A DNA stretch of 64,000 nucleotides from positions 26,991-90,990 of IMG/VR virus record IMGVR_UViG_3300033571_007537; one strand, given 5' to 3'. The notes beneath the pieces were generated by a model. That model made no database searches and was not told the DNA's origin. It saw nothing but the letters and a program-made list of their open reading frames with translations. This document shows positions 49,308 through 58,736 of the stretch, piece after piece (position 1 is the stretch's first letter; each line of letters starts with the position of its first letter). Source of the DNA: a virus. Made by a program: the position numbers and the translations under genes.

Positions 49308-50240
49308 TCACTTTTCCGCTTCTTCCGTGTGGGGCTCAACTACCTCTGCTTCAATTATATCTTCCCCACCGTTGGCAGCTGCGTTAATAGCGATAATGTT
49401 TTCAGCACCTTTTGACAGACGCCCCAACCGTTCAGCAATAATGCTTGCAGCTGGACGTAGGTCAATACTCACATCCGTTGAGATGTCGAAACCAGCACGT
49501 ACACCAGCACGGTCAAGGATTTCGGTAGCGGCTTTAAGTTTCACGGGTTCGCTCTCGCCGTGTTCAATCAAATGCTCAAGTAGGTCTACCGCTGCAGGGG
49601 CCGCTTGGGTCAGACGTGAGCGAGCACGCTCGACGCTATCCGTTGGCTTGTTACGGAGGGAACCTAAATGCACGCGGCACAAGCCGTCATCCTGTAAACG
49701 TCCACCCGTCCAAAGTTGGCATCGGATGCCGTCATCCTTAATCTGCTTGCAGCGAGATGGAAGGTTCGGTTGCTTACGCTTTGCCTTCTCGACGTCGGTT
49801 GAGTGTTCCCATTTAGCCCACACGCGGGTAGCCCCCAACACCCACGGTGGAACGATGTTATCGGCGGCTTCCTCGGCGAGCAAGTCGAAGCCCGTTAGGT
49901 AGTCGGAGTTCTTCGACGTAGGGTCGGTTAGGATGGCCTGCTTCTCGGTTAGAGAGTTTAGACGTTGTTGAGATTGCATCTCGGGGGATAAGGCTTGAAT
50001 TGTTCCCGTTGGCACGCCGTTAACAGCGTAGACAGGAATCCAGTTTAGTTTGGCTCGACGTAATGCCGCACGGTTTTCATAAGTGTCCTCGCAGATGCCG
50101 CGGTCAACTTCTTCGATGCCGTAGAGACTTAGGTCTGGACGTAGGTTGATTGGAGTATCGACCTGAACTTCGGGAGCCTCGGCAACAGGTTTTGCGAAAG
50201 GGTCTATCTTGGTGAGTTCCTCTGACATCATTTCCTCCAC
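49308..50240 (-). CDS. Probable terminase small subunit
   Basis: RC......G.RC.........LCRVHLG zinc motif followed by AAPAAVDLL...EPVKLKAATEILDRAG, an architecture seen in actinophage TerS. Confidence 0.55.
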   Translation of the reverse strand: MEEMMSEELTKIDPFAKPVAEAPEVQVDTPINLRPDLSLYGIEEVDRGICEDTYENRAALRRAKLNWIPVYAVNGVPTGTIQALSPEMQSQQRLNSLTEKQAILTDPTSKNSDYLTGFDLLAEEAADNIVPPWVLGATRVWAKWEHSTDVEKAKRKQPNLPSRCKQIKDDGIRCQLWTGGRLQDDGLCRVHLGSLRNKPTDSVERARSRLTQAAPAAVDLLEHLIEHGESEPVKLKAATEILDRAGVRAGFDISTDVSIDLRPAASIIAERLGRLSKGAENIIAINAAANGGEDIIEAEVVEPHTEEAEK

Positions 50241-50517
50241 GTCGTTAAAAGTTTAAGCCAGACGGCAGCGCTGGGGAGAGACTGGCTACCGCCTGACATT
50301 TGTTTGCGGTTAAGTTATATAAACGCAAGTAAGAAGTCTCTTCCGAGTCGCCTCTTTTATAGAGGCTGACATTTAACACTCTAAGGGATGTTTCAAAAGT
50401 TTTTTTGGCGTGAGGTGAGACCGGGCAGCATTTTCGCCATTTACAAAGACAAAAAAATCCCCGCCAATTCAAGGGTTAGCAAGAATTGACAGGGATTTTT
50501 AAAACTGCTTTGGAAAG

Positions 50518-50844
50518 TTACTTCTTTTTGGTTGTAGTTGCCTTCTTGACAACTGGCTTAGATGTGGTAGTCTTTGCCTTTGTTGTGGTGGCCTTTTCCA
50601 ACTTCTTGGTAACTTCGACTGCTACAACTTCTGCAATCGCACCGAAAGCTGGGTCCTTCTTGTTAAGCCAGCGAAGTGCTACTGGAATCAAAGATGCCCA
50701 TAGTGCGTTCGCAACTAGTAGCCATTCGGTTGCGCTGAAGTCGATTGGTGATGCAACTCCAGAGGTCTGGGTCACAATGATGACCGCACCGACGACCTGA
50801 CCCAAGAGGTTTCTTAGGTATGACTCGATTACTGCTTTGTTCAT
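50518..50844 (-). CDS. Holin-like membrane protein
   Basis: Two TM segments, LRWLNKKDPAFG, Lys-rich tail; near the amidase-like gene. Confidence 0.6.
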   Translation of the reverse strand: MNKAVIESYLRNLLGQVVGAVIIVTQTSGVASPIDFSATEWLLVANALWASLIPVALRWLNKKDPAFGAIAEVVAVEVTKKLEKATTTKAKTTTSKPVVKKATTTKKK

Positions 50845-51237
50845 TTATTTGTCTTTCTGCTTAGGTGGATTTGTAATCCACGGTTTTATCTTAGTAGATG
50901 TTTCGTCAAGAATCCACCTACCCTTTTCATCCCTCGTTATCGATTGGAACTTCGGGTTCTTCTTGTTGCTCTTGTTCTTCTTCCTGCTCTTCTTCAACAG
51001 GAGTAGGACTCGGTCTAGTAGTCGTTTCATTGTTGCCTTTCCGTTCGACTATTACTGCTTGTGGCACCCACGACTTGTTGCATTCGCATCCGCAAATCCA
51101 TAACTTTTCATAGTAGCCGATTTCGTGATTGCAACCATCGCAGTGGGCAGTTGAACACCAACCGCAAGGTTCGGATAGTTGAATCACAGTTCTTGTTCCA
51201 GTCCAAGACGATGGTGAATCTCTAGAGGTTTGTTTAC

Positions 51238-52619
51238 TCAAAGAGTCACCCCGTGCATATCTGACCATTCTTGGACAACCTGTTTTTGTTCTGCCTCCGA
51301 CATTTCCACCCAAATAGCCAAGGCTTCATTTTTAGGATTTTCCAAGTCGTTTGGTAGACAAAATAGAAACGCGTATTCCAATCTAGTCTCCCGATTGTCT
51401 GACGCATTTTGAATAACTTTCATATCCGTTTCGGTAAGGGTGTTGCCTCTTCTCCAAAGAAAAGTCTTATCGCCCAACTTGATTGAAATTAAATCACTCT
51501 CCGACATTTAACCTCTCTTGTGCCTCAGCTTTCGTGAACCCGAGACTTCGTTTAGTGACTCCACCCACGACAGGATAAAACTTACCTGCTCTGTCTGGTC
51601 CAACAAGTAGGCCAGTGTTGATTAGCATATCTTGGCGGTCATTTGCTACGCACCACATTGCCATCAACTTGATTGACTCTTTGAGTTCTAAGCCATCAAT
51701 TATCAGACCAGACTTTGCTATCATCTCGCTGACATTTTCATCGCTTGGTTCTAGGCCCTCTTCGTATAATCCCTCCATCACATCTGGTAGAAGAACATCC
51801 ATTACGGAATCAATGATTGCCGTTACGGTGCTAACTTCATCTTTAGGTGCTTTGGTTGTTTTAGGTTTTTTGGTCTTGGCCTTTTCGCGTTGTCTTTTCT
51901 GATAACTAGAGTCTGCCGATGACATATCCATCCACTCGTCGATGATAATAATTAACTCATTGAACGACATGTATTCCCTCTCGACAGCAAACGCTTTAGG
52001 GTCGCGAGATGCTAGAGACATCAACTCAAGTGCTTTCTCCAGTTTATCATCTTTGGCTTTCAACATCTCCATCACTCTCAAGGCAGGTAGTTCGCCCAAA
52101 GACAATAGTTCCATCTCAGTCTCTCCAACTTTGAGAGTCAGGTATTTCTTATCTACCATCTGTATCCTCCCAACCGAATCGACATCCATCACAAAGTAGA
52201 GCGTCATAGCCAGTGGCTTCTTCCATCTCAACACCACGCTGAGATACAGGCACAACACTTAGCCTTTTCTCTTCACCACAGCGGTCGCAGTTGGTTCCAC
52301 CAATCCAGTTGGTTTCTAGTCCTGCTTTGATAGTTGCTGTAATACCTTGAGTCAAAGCGTGCAGACTTCCTCCACCTCTAGTTTTTGCCATAAAGAATCT
52401 TAGGTTCGGGGTTTCAACTACAACCCTTAACTTCTTACAAGGACAAAATAACTTACCCGGTGAACAGGTATATCCCAAATGTGATTCGATATGTTTAGAA
52501 CGTGGATGTCCACAGATACAAACTCCAGAATCTCTGTCTCTAGGATTTGCTTTAATCTCTTCTAATGCTTTTGTTGCTTCCTCTTCCGTTACAGAAAATA
52601 CGTCAAACGGATTTACCAT
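51238..52619 (-). CDS. Operon of hypothetical proteins (52149-52619 Cys-rich; 51494-~52159; 51238-51507)
   Basis: Overlapping, coupled ORFs. Confidence 0.6.
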
Positions 52620-52699
52620 AGAAGCTCCTTTCTAATCTTGTTGTCTACATGGTAGTTGGTGTTTCATCTATTGTCAAGTCTAGCACCTAAAAACTAACT

Positions 52700-53011
52700 A
52701 AAACAACTCTTACAAGTTATACAAGTTATACAACCATAGTTTCCTGCCATCCATACACACACATGTACGCGCGATTGGTTTAATAGTTGTATTACTTGTA
52801 TTAGTAGATATACTATCACCAAATCCATAAAAACTTTTAAATTTCTTGATAGTATCTCCATTTCGGTTTATTATACCAAAAAGATACTATCACGAAATAC
52901 ATAGTATAATAGATAGATACTATCACGGTTTGACATCTCCACATTTTGTATTACATAAAAAAGATACTATCAAAAAACTTTAATTAAGAATCTTAAATTT
53001 TGATAGTATCT
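52700..53011. repeat. AT-rich iteron cluster (GATACTATCA x6, direct and inverted); candidate replication origin
   Basis: Direct copies at 52810 (partial), 52883, 52916, 52963; inverted at 52847 and 53001; tandem TACAAGTTA at 52710-52732. Confidence 0.7.
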
Positions 53012-53524
53012 TTACTTCTTAGGTTTACGAAGATTGCAAATCCCATGAGATGGTTTAACATTTTCGACAACATCATCTCCACCTTTTGCCAAATCGACCA
53101 CATGTTCGAGATGCAATCCACGTTCCCAGCCAATCTTTCCAATTAGTCTAGGTGCATCTAAATCGACTTCTTCTCCACATAAATGGCAACAGGTTCCCCA
53201 CATTTCAAATACGTCTGCCTCAGTGTATGGACTAAACCCACCACCAAATTTCTTAGCACGACGCTTTCTTTTATTCTGTCTATTAGTTTCTAGCCTATTC
53301 TCCCATTCGGCAATAGGGTCGGCTTCAGGGCGCACCCAGCCCTCTTTTTTAAGTTGAACTAGTTCACTTCTTCGTTTATTGGTACACGGCCTACAAACAT
53401 TAGGGCTAGAAAAAAATATCGCTATTTGCTCCAGTCCGCATTTCGGGCAGAGTTTTGTCTCATAATCAGAAGTGGAGATGCCTAGTACCTCTAAAGGGTT
53501 TACTGGCTCTGGTAGACTTGTCAT
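53012..53524 (-). CDS. HNH endonuclease with zinc fingers
   Basis: CPKC..CRPC; CHLC...LHLEHVVDLAKGG.D...N...SH..CN..K. Confidence 0.9.
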   Translation of the reverse strand: MTSLPEPVNPLEVLGISTSDYETKLCPKCGLEQIAIFFSSPNVCRPCTNKRRSELVQLKKEGWVRPEADPIAEWENRLETNRQNKRKRRAKKFGGGFSPYTEADVFEMWGTCCHLCGEEVDLDAPRLIGKIGWERGLHLEHVVDLAKGGDDVVENVKPSHGICNLRKPKK

Positions 53525-53684
53525 ATCGACTCCTTGTTAGTCGGTCACAGCCCTGAACGGTTACCGCCGTTGCAGGGCACTTTATTTATATCACAATTCT
53601 AGCACAAATCGCAAAGCCTAATCTACGATAAAATAGAACTACTTGGGAGAGTAAAGCATAAAAACTTAGAAGGACTCTCCCATC

Positions 53685-56669
53685 TTGATTTCAAAACCAC
53701 GCTCAATGAAAAAACCGCTGCTTATTTCAGCAACGGCTTTCTTAACGTTTTATCCTCTATGTTTAGCTCACGCGGCTACTTCTTCTTTTGGAGAACCGCT
53801 TTCACAGCACCAATCAAAAACAACGTTAAAAACGCTGCAACATAGCCAACTCCAAACGAGTCTAAATCAATCACTACGGTCATCTAATCCTCTTTCTATC
53901 TCGGTTTCACTAGATAGCCTCAAGTCTACACTATCAACCTACAAAGAGCAACTACGTCTACTAGCACCTAACGTCTCTAACAAAGCACGTTTACAGCCCC
54001 TAGAATCCGCCATTTCTAATCTAGAGGCTCAAATCCAAAGAGCCACTGCCCTACAATCTGCTAACGCTACCGCCCAATCCACTCTAAGTAAGGCGACAAC
54101 TGATTATGCCAAAGCACAAGAAGACCTCCAAAAAGCCACAACCCTTTATACCCAACATCAAACCGCCAACCAAGAAGCGACAGCCCTTTACAACCAAGCA
54201 ATTGCCACTGCCGAAGTAGCCAGAACCGCACTGACTGACGCACAAACAGCAGCGAGCCAAGCAGCACAAAATCTAGCCCAAGCGACAGTCCAACTACAAA
54301 CTGCCAACATCACGCTTACGTCAAAACTTACAGCACTTCAAGAAGCAGGAAACTCAGCCTCAACAGCAACAGAAGCACTCGCTCAAGCACAGCAAAACTA
54401 CAACCAAGCCGAATTAAATTATTTTATTAAAAGCGGGAATAAATCCGCAGCCTCCCAAACTTTTAACGAAGCAGTTCAAAGACTGAAGGCGGCCCAAGAT
54501 AATTACAACACCAACCTGATTCCCGACCCAAACTGGACAGCACCTACTTATCAAAAGGAACATACACGTCAGGTTGAGAACACCAGAACAGTAGAAGTTC
54601 GCACTCTTGTTCCAACAACAACCACCACTCTTCAAGAGCAGGTAATCCCTAACCTACTATTCAACTCAGACTTTTCACGAGGCAACGAAGGCTGGAGCGG
54701 GCTTTCAGTAGGGTGGCAGAACTCACAGCCAGGCTTCTTCAACGGCAACATTGCCTTCTCTTACATGAACCAAACAGTCAGCCAAGGTCTCTACTCTGGA
54801 CCTTTCCAGAACTCAACGCTGACTCTATCCGCCGACTGGTTTAATGATGACTCCAACAGAAACATCACTGACTCGTACTCAATGACAGTTACAGCGAGAG
54901 ACATCAACCAGAACCCAGTTGGCTCTGCTACCTACACCTCAACAGGCAGACACAACTGGGAAACAAAGTCAGTCACCCTAACTCCAACAGGGCCAGTTTC
55001 TTACATTACCGTTGAGTTCTCTGGCATTGACAACGGTTACTGGGCGGGCAACTATGGACCTCGACTAAAGAACCCATCCCTAGAAGTCAAACATGGCGAG
55101 ATGGTCACCCAAACAACCTACGAAGAAGTCATCACTTACGAAGAGGAAATCTACTACACCACCGAGACCTACTACACCACCGAACTTGTTCAACCACAGA
55201 CAGGTCTAACAGCAAGGGTCTACAACAACCTACCTACGTCCAACCCACAGCGTTCCGACACTGCTTACAACCTATGTAAGACCACCACACTTACCAGCAT
55301 CAACCACCAATGGGGTGGCGGAGATATCTTGGGTTGCGGCTCTGACCGAGTAATGATTCACTACACTGGCTACCTAACACCTGACAGAGATATTACTTCC
55401 CTACAAAACTCCGCTGATGATGGCTTCTTTATGTCTTTAGATGGAGTTACCGTTATCAACGACTGGAGATTAAAAGGTTGTAGCGGAAGTTGGTACCCTG
55501 TGGCACTAGAAGCAGGTAAGACTTACGAGATTGACGCTTGGTTCTTTGAGTGGGGTGGTGGTGCTTGTTCTATCCTCAACTACCAATCAGGAGGAACCCA
55601 AAGCGTGGTACCAGAATCTTGGTACACAAACGCTATCTCAGCACCTCTAATTAAGAACCCTGCCCTACTTCCAGAACTAGAAGCAGCCACCGAAGTAAAG
55701 AACTCTGCTGAAGCGGCCCTTGAAGCAGCAAGTTTTGACGAAGCCGCAGCGCTGGAAGCTTTGAATGAGGCCTCATCAAAAGTTGCATCTGACAGGAGCA
55801 CACTTACATCTGCAACTGCATCACTAGCAGAAGCACAACTTGAATACAACTCAGCCCTCATAACACAGCAATCGGCAGCAGAAGATTACGCTTCTACCCA
55901 ACGTCTAGATAATGAAGCCCAAGCAGCAAATCAAGCCGCCTTGGAGAAAGAAGCGGGGGCGGCGGAACAACTTTTAACGGCCACATCAAATCTTGAAACA
56001 TCTAATCAAAACCTCACAACCTCTGACCAGCGTGTAAAAGAAGCAACCGAAACCCTAAGCACTTCTGAAACTGCTCTGACCACAGCCACAGATGTTGCCA
56101 CCTCAACCACCTCGAACCTAACCACCACTATCTCCGAAGCAGAGGATACCGCCACAACCACTCAAACCCTGCTCTCCAACACTAAGCCTGACCCAGAACC
56201 AGAGCCAGAGCCAGAGCCAGAACAGGGTTCACCAGAGATTCCAGCGGTTATCGAGAACCTGATGGAGGTAAACCTAGAGCAGGTAGACCCTACAGAACTT
56301 ACAGAGGCACAGGCGGAGCAACTTGTAGAAGCAGCCCTCGTAGCCTTTGAGACAGCAGTAGAAGGCTCCCCAGAGTACGAACAGGCTCTTGACGCCCTTT
56401 ACTTAGCCGCCGAGCAGGACGACCTTGTTCTGTCCGAAGAACTTGCAGCCATTCCTGGTCTTGCAGGTGCAGTAGAAGTTCTGAACTTCCTAGGAAACGC
56501 TGGTGCAGATATGTCACCAAAGGTTCGTGAAGAGTCAGAAAAAGTAGTTGTTGCAACGGTTATCGCCGCTGGAGCAGCCATTCAAGCAGCGACAGGTGCT
56601 GCCACAAGTGCAGCCGTTTCAGCAAGTGCTCCCACAGGCTCAAGTGGCTCCCGACGAGTAGGAAAGTAG
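53685..56669 (+). CDS. Large exported coiled-coil protein with CBM-like and PA14 domains
   Basis: Signal peptide; Ala/Gln heptads; NLLFNSDF...GW (CBM-like); INHQWGGG...SADDGF...INDW...WFFEWGGGA (PA14); (EP)n linker. Confidence 0.8.
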   Translation: MISKPRSMKKPLLISATAFLTFYPLCLAHAATSSFGEPLSQHQSKTTLKTLQHSQLQTSLNQSLRSSNPLSISVSLDSLKSTLSTYKEQLRLLAPNVSNKARLQPLESAISNLEAQIQRATALQSANATAQSTLSKATTDYAKAQEDLQKATTLYTQHQTANQEATALYNQAIATAEVARTALTDAQTAASQAAQNLAQATVQLQTANITLTSKLTALQEAGNSASTATEALAQAQQNYNQAELNYFIKSGNKSAASQTFNEAVQRLKAAQDNYNTNLIPDPNWTAPTYQKEHTRQVENTRTVEVRTLVPTTTTTLQEQVIPNLLFNSDFSRGNEGWSGLSVGWQNSQPGFFNGNIAFSYMNQTVSQGLYSGPFQNSTLTLSADWFNDDSNRNITDSYSMTVTARDINQNPVGSATYTSTGRHNWETKSVTLTPTGPVSYITVEFSGIDNGYWAGNYGPRLKNPSLEVKHGEMVTQTTYEEVITYEEEIYYTTETYYTTELVQPQTGLTARVYNNLPTSNPQRSDTAYNLCKTTTLTSINHQWGGGDILGCGSDRVMIHYTGYLTPDRDITSLQNSADDGFFMSLDGVTVINDWRLKGCSGSWYPVALEAGKTYEIDAWFFEWGGGACSILNYQSGGTQSVVPESWYTNAISAPLIKNPALLPELEAATEVKNSAEAALEAASFDEAAALEALNEASSKVASDRSTLTSATASLAEAQLEYNSALITQQSAAEDYASTQRLDNEAQAANQAALEKEAGAAEQLLTATSNLETSNQNLTTSDQRVKEATETLSTSETALTTATDVATSTTSNLTTTISEAEDTATTTQTLLSNTKPDPEPEPEPEPEQGSPEIPAVIENLMEVNLEQVDPTELTEAQAEQLVEAALVAFETAVEGSPEYEQALDALYLAAEQDDLVLSEELAAIPGLAGAVEVLNFLGNAGADMSPKVREESEKVVVATVIAAGAAIQAATGAATSAAVSASAPTGSSGSRRVGK

Positions 56670-56672
56670 TAA

Positions 56673-57079
56673 ATGAAAGACAAATTAATGCTAATCATCA
56701 CCATAGGCATACTTGCGTTTATCAGCGTAGTAGTTATTGGTGAATATGTAGCAATGCTTGCAGCCCAGCAAATTACGGGAGAAGCAGTAGCAACCAACCC
56801 AGAAGCAATCGCTCTGGTACAAAATGCCCTCGTTGGTCTAATCGGTATTATCGGTGGATACTTCGCTGGCAAGAAAGAGGATAAATAATGAAAAAGTTCT
56901 TAGTAGGACTAGTAAAAGACATCATCGAGCAAGCATGGACACTCCTCGGAATGGCAGTTGCTTGGCTGGTACTTGAGGGCTCAGCTAAGGAGTTGACAGG
57001 TAATCTAATTATCCTGACTCTAAGCATCTGGGTCATCACATACCCGCTACGCCGTGAAAAAGACGAAGACAAGGAATAA
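56673..57079 (+). CDS. Two small membrane proteins (56673-56888, 56888-57079)
   Basis: Two TM helices each; coupled. Confidence 0.7.
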
Positions 57080-57136
57080 CCTCGTCTAAATAGCAGTAAA
57101 ATTAAATGTAACTTCAACAACTATAAGGAGACATAA

Positions 57137-57670
57137 ATGTCTAAAGAAATTCAATACTTTGAGCCATTCCCGCCAAAGACCCGTGGCGACGAGCTAGGCA
57201 ACCTAGCACCATACCGCAACGGACGTCCACACCGCGGACAGGACTGGGCTCCAAAGGAGAACTCACCAATCAAGGCCATCTGCGATGGAACTGTTGCAAA
57301 GGTATTCTGGACTGACGTTCTAGGTCACTGCATCGTTCACTCATCAGCAGACGCAAAGTACTGGGTGCTATACGCACACCTAGCAAAGGAGTCAACCCTA
57401 AAGAAGGGTGACAAGGTTGTTGGAGGACAGACTGTTCTAGGTCTAGTCGGTGGTGGTCGTAACACACCAAGCGGTTCCGCAAGTACCGGGGCCCACCTCC
57501 ACATGACTGTTGCAAAGATGGGACCTAAGTTCTCAGGCGTAGACGCTCACCTAGCACCATTCGAAAACCTAGTCGACCCACTTCCATTGTTCGCAGCAGC
57601 CCCTAAGAAGACTGTCGCAGCAAAGGTTGCATCAGCCGTCAAGAAGGTAGTTCCTACCAAGAAGGCATAA
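57137..57670 (+). CDS. M23 family peptidoglycan peptidase
   Basis: HRGQD, YAHL, STGAHLH. Confidence 0.9.
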   Translation: MSKEIQYFEPFPPKTRGDELGNLAPYRNGRPHRGQDWAPKENSPIKAICDGTVAKVFWTDVLGHCIVHSSADAKYWVLYAHLAKESTLKKGDKVVGGQTVLGLVGGGRNTPSGSASTGAHLHMTVAKMGPKFSGVDAHLAPFENLVDPLPLFAAAPKKTVAAKVASAVKKVVPTKKA

Positions 57671-57690
57671 GTTTCCGACAAGGAATAAAA

Positions 57691-57726
57691 GAAAGCCCCC
57701 TGCCTAGAAACAGGGGGTTTTTCTTT
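57691..57726 (+). terminator. Intrinsic terminator
   Basis: GAAAGCCCCCTG...CAGGGGGTTTTTCTTT. Confidence 0.75.
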
Positions 57727-57759
57727 CCAAACACCCTCCGCCAAAAGGTGTAAAATCTA

Positions 57760-57893
57760 AGTAGAACAACTTAATAGTTCGAGAGCTAACCCGCTATAAA
57801 AGTACCTCTCATCTAATGTGACGTAAGAGTACATAATAAAGAACAGCGGTTAGAAGAAATCCCCCATCTTTAATTAGATAGGGGGGTTTCTTT
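57760..57893 (+). ncRNA. Candidate small structured RNA
   Basis: TAAAAT -10 at ~57750; stems CUAACCCGCU/AGCGGUUAG and GUAC..UCU/AGAGUAC; terminator at 57856-57893; no ORF. Confidence 0.35.
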
Positions 57894-57895
57894 CG

Positions 57896-58736
57896 TTAGT
57901 GGCTACATCCGCATCCACCAGTATTAACAGGTAAAGGCTTTTTCATTTCAGCAAGTCTGTGTTGAACGGTTGACACGTCGAAGCCATCTTCAAAACCACA
58001 CTGGTACGCTTCTTCTTCTACATCGGATGCTAGTCGAGCAATCGCATTACGAGTCTCTGCACCGTCCCCCCAATTGCTTAGGTCGATGTCTTCTTTAGAT
58101 GGTACGTAAGCAAAAGCAGGGGACCAAGTATCCTCAGCAACTTTTTCTTCCCAATCAACTCTATATAAGTTGTAGCCGCTGTAGTCTTCTTCACTGCTCA
58201 TTTAAATCTAATCCTGCTCTGATAAATAGTTTTCAATATCAGCAACCATAATGTCTGCGGTTGCTTCTACAATTCTATCTTCCAAATCACGGATGCGTAG
58301 AGCGTTGTCTGCAATCTTTGCTTGCAGTTCCAAAATCCGTTGCTCAAGTGAATCTAGATACGTATTCAAAGCATCTTCATAGTTCTCACCCATCTATAGA
58401 ACCTTTATTTTCAGGCTCATCTTGAGGCTCCTTGCAGCATTTATCGCACTGCAATAAGTAAGTACATAGCCCATTTGTTTCACCAATAGGGTTTCGCATT
58501 TGTATATCATCTAAGTCAACGTGAAACTCACCATGTACGCACTCGCGTAGCATCAAGTTTCCGCTAAAATCCCACTTCTGAGGAGCTAAGCAGAGAGAAT
58601 GCACTGATGCGTTGTGTATGGTGCAAAACTCACCTTCACATTTTTCTTTTTCATGTACCGTAATTACCTGACCATAGTCATCAACCCAACGCTCACCCAT
58701 TGACAAAAACCCCTTCAATCTTTTCAGCAAGGTCAC
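57896..58736 (-). CDS. Three small hypothetical proteins (58386-~58700, 58208-58393, 57896-58201)
   Basis: Coupled ORFs at the end of the minus-strand operon. Confidence 0.6.

Larger units (their letters stand above)
24786..49330. repeat. Dispersed motif B, consensus TTTTCCSGGNNTTCCGTGT, about 18 copies
   Basis: Copies at about 24786, 25429, 26457, 27521, 28601, 29581, 30899, 31806, 33004(rc), 34204, 35003, 36073, 37010(rc), 39246, 40834(rc), 47219, 48266, 49312. Confidence 0.9.

Noticed and set aside
24786-49330. Motif B or the GACAC promoters as a CRISPR array or integron attC cassettes
   Set aside because: Spacing is irregular and kb-scale, copies are degenerate and non-palindromic, and no cas or integrase gene is in the window.
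56185-56222. CCAGAG tandem repeat as a contingency locus
   Set aside because: An in-frame hexamer encoding a (PE)n linker; length changes would not shift the frame.
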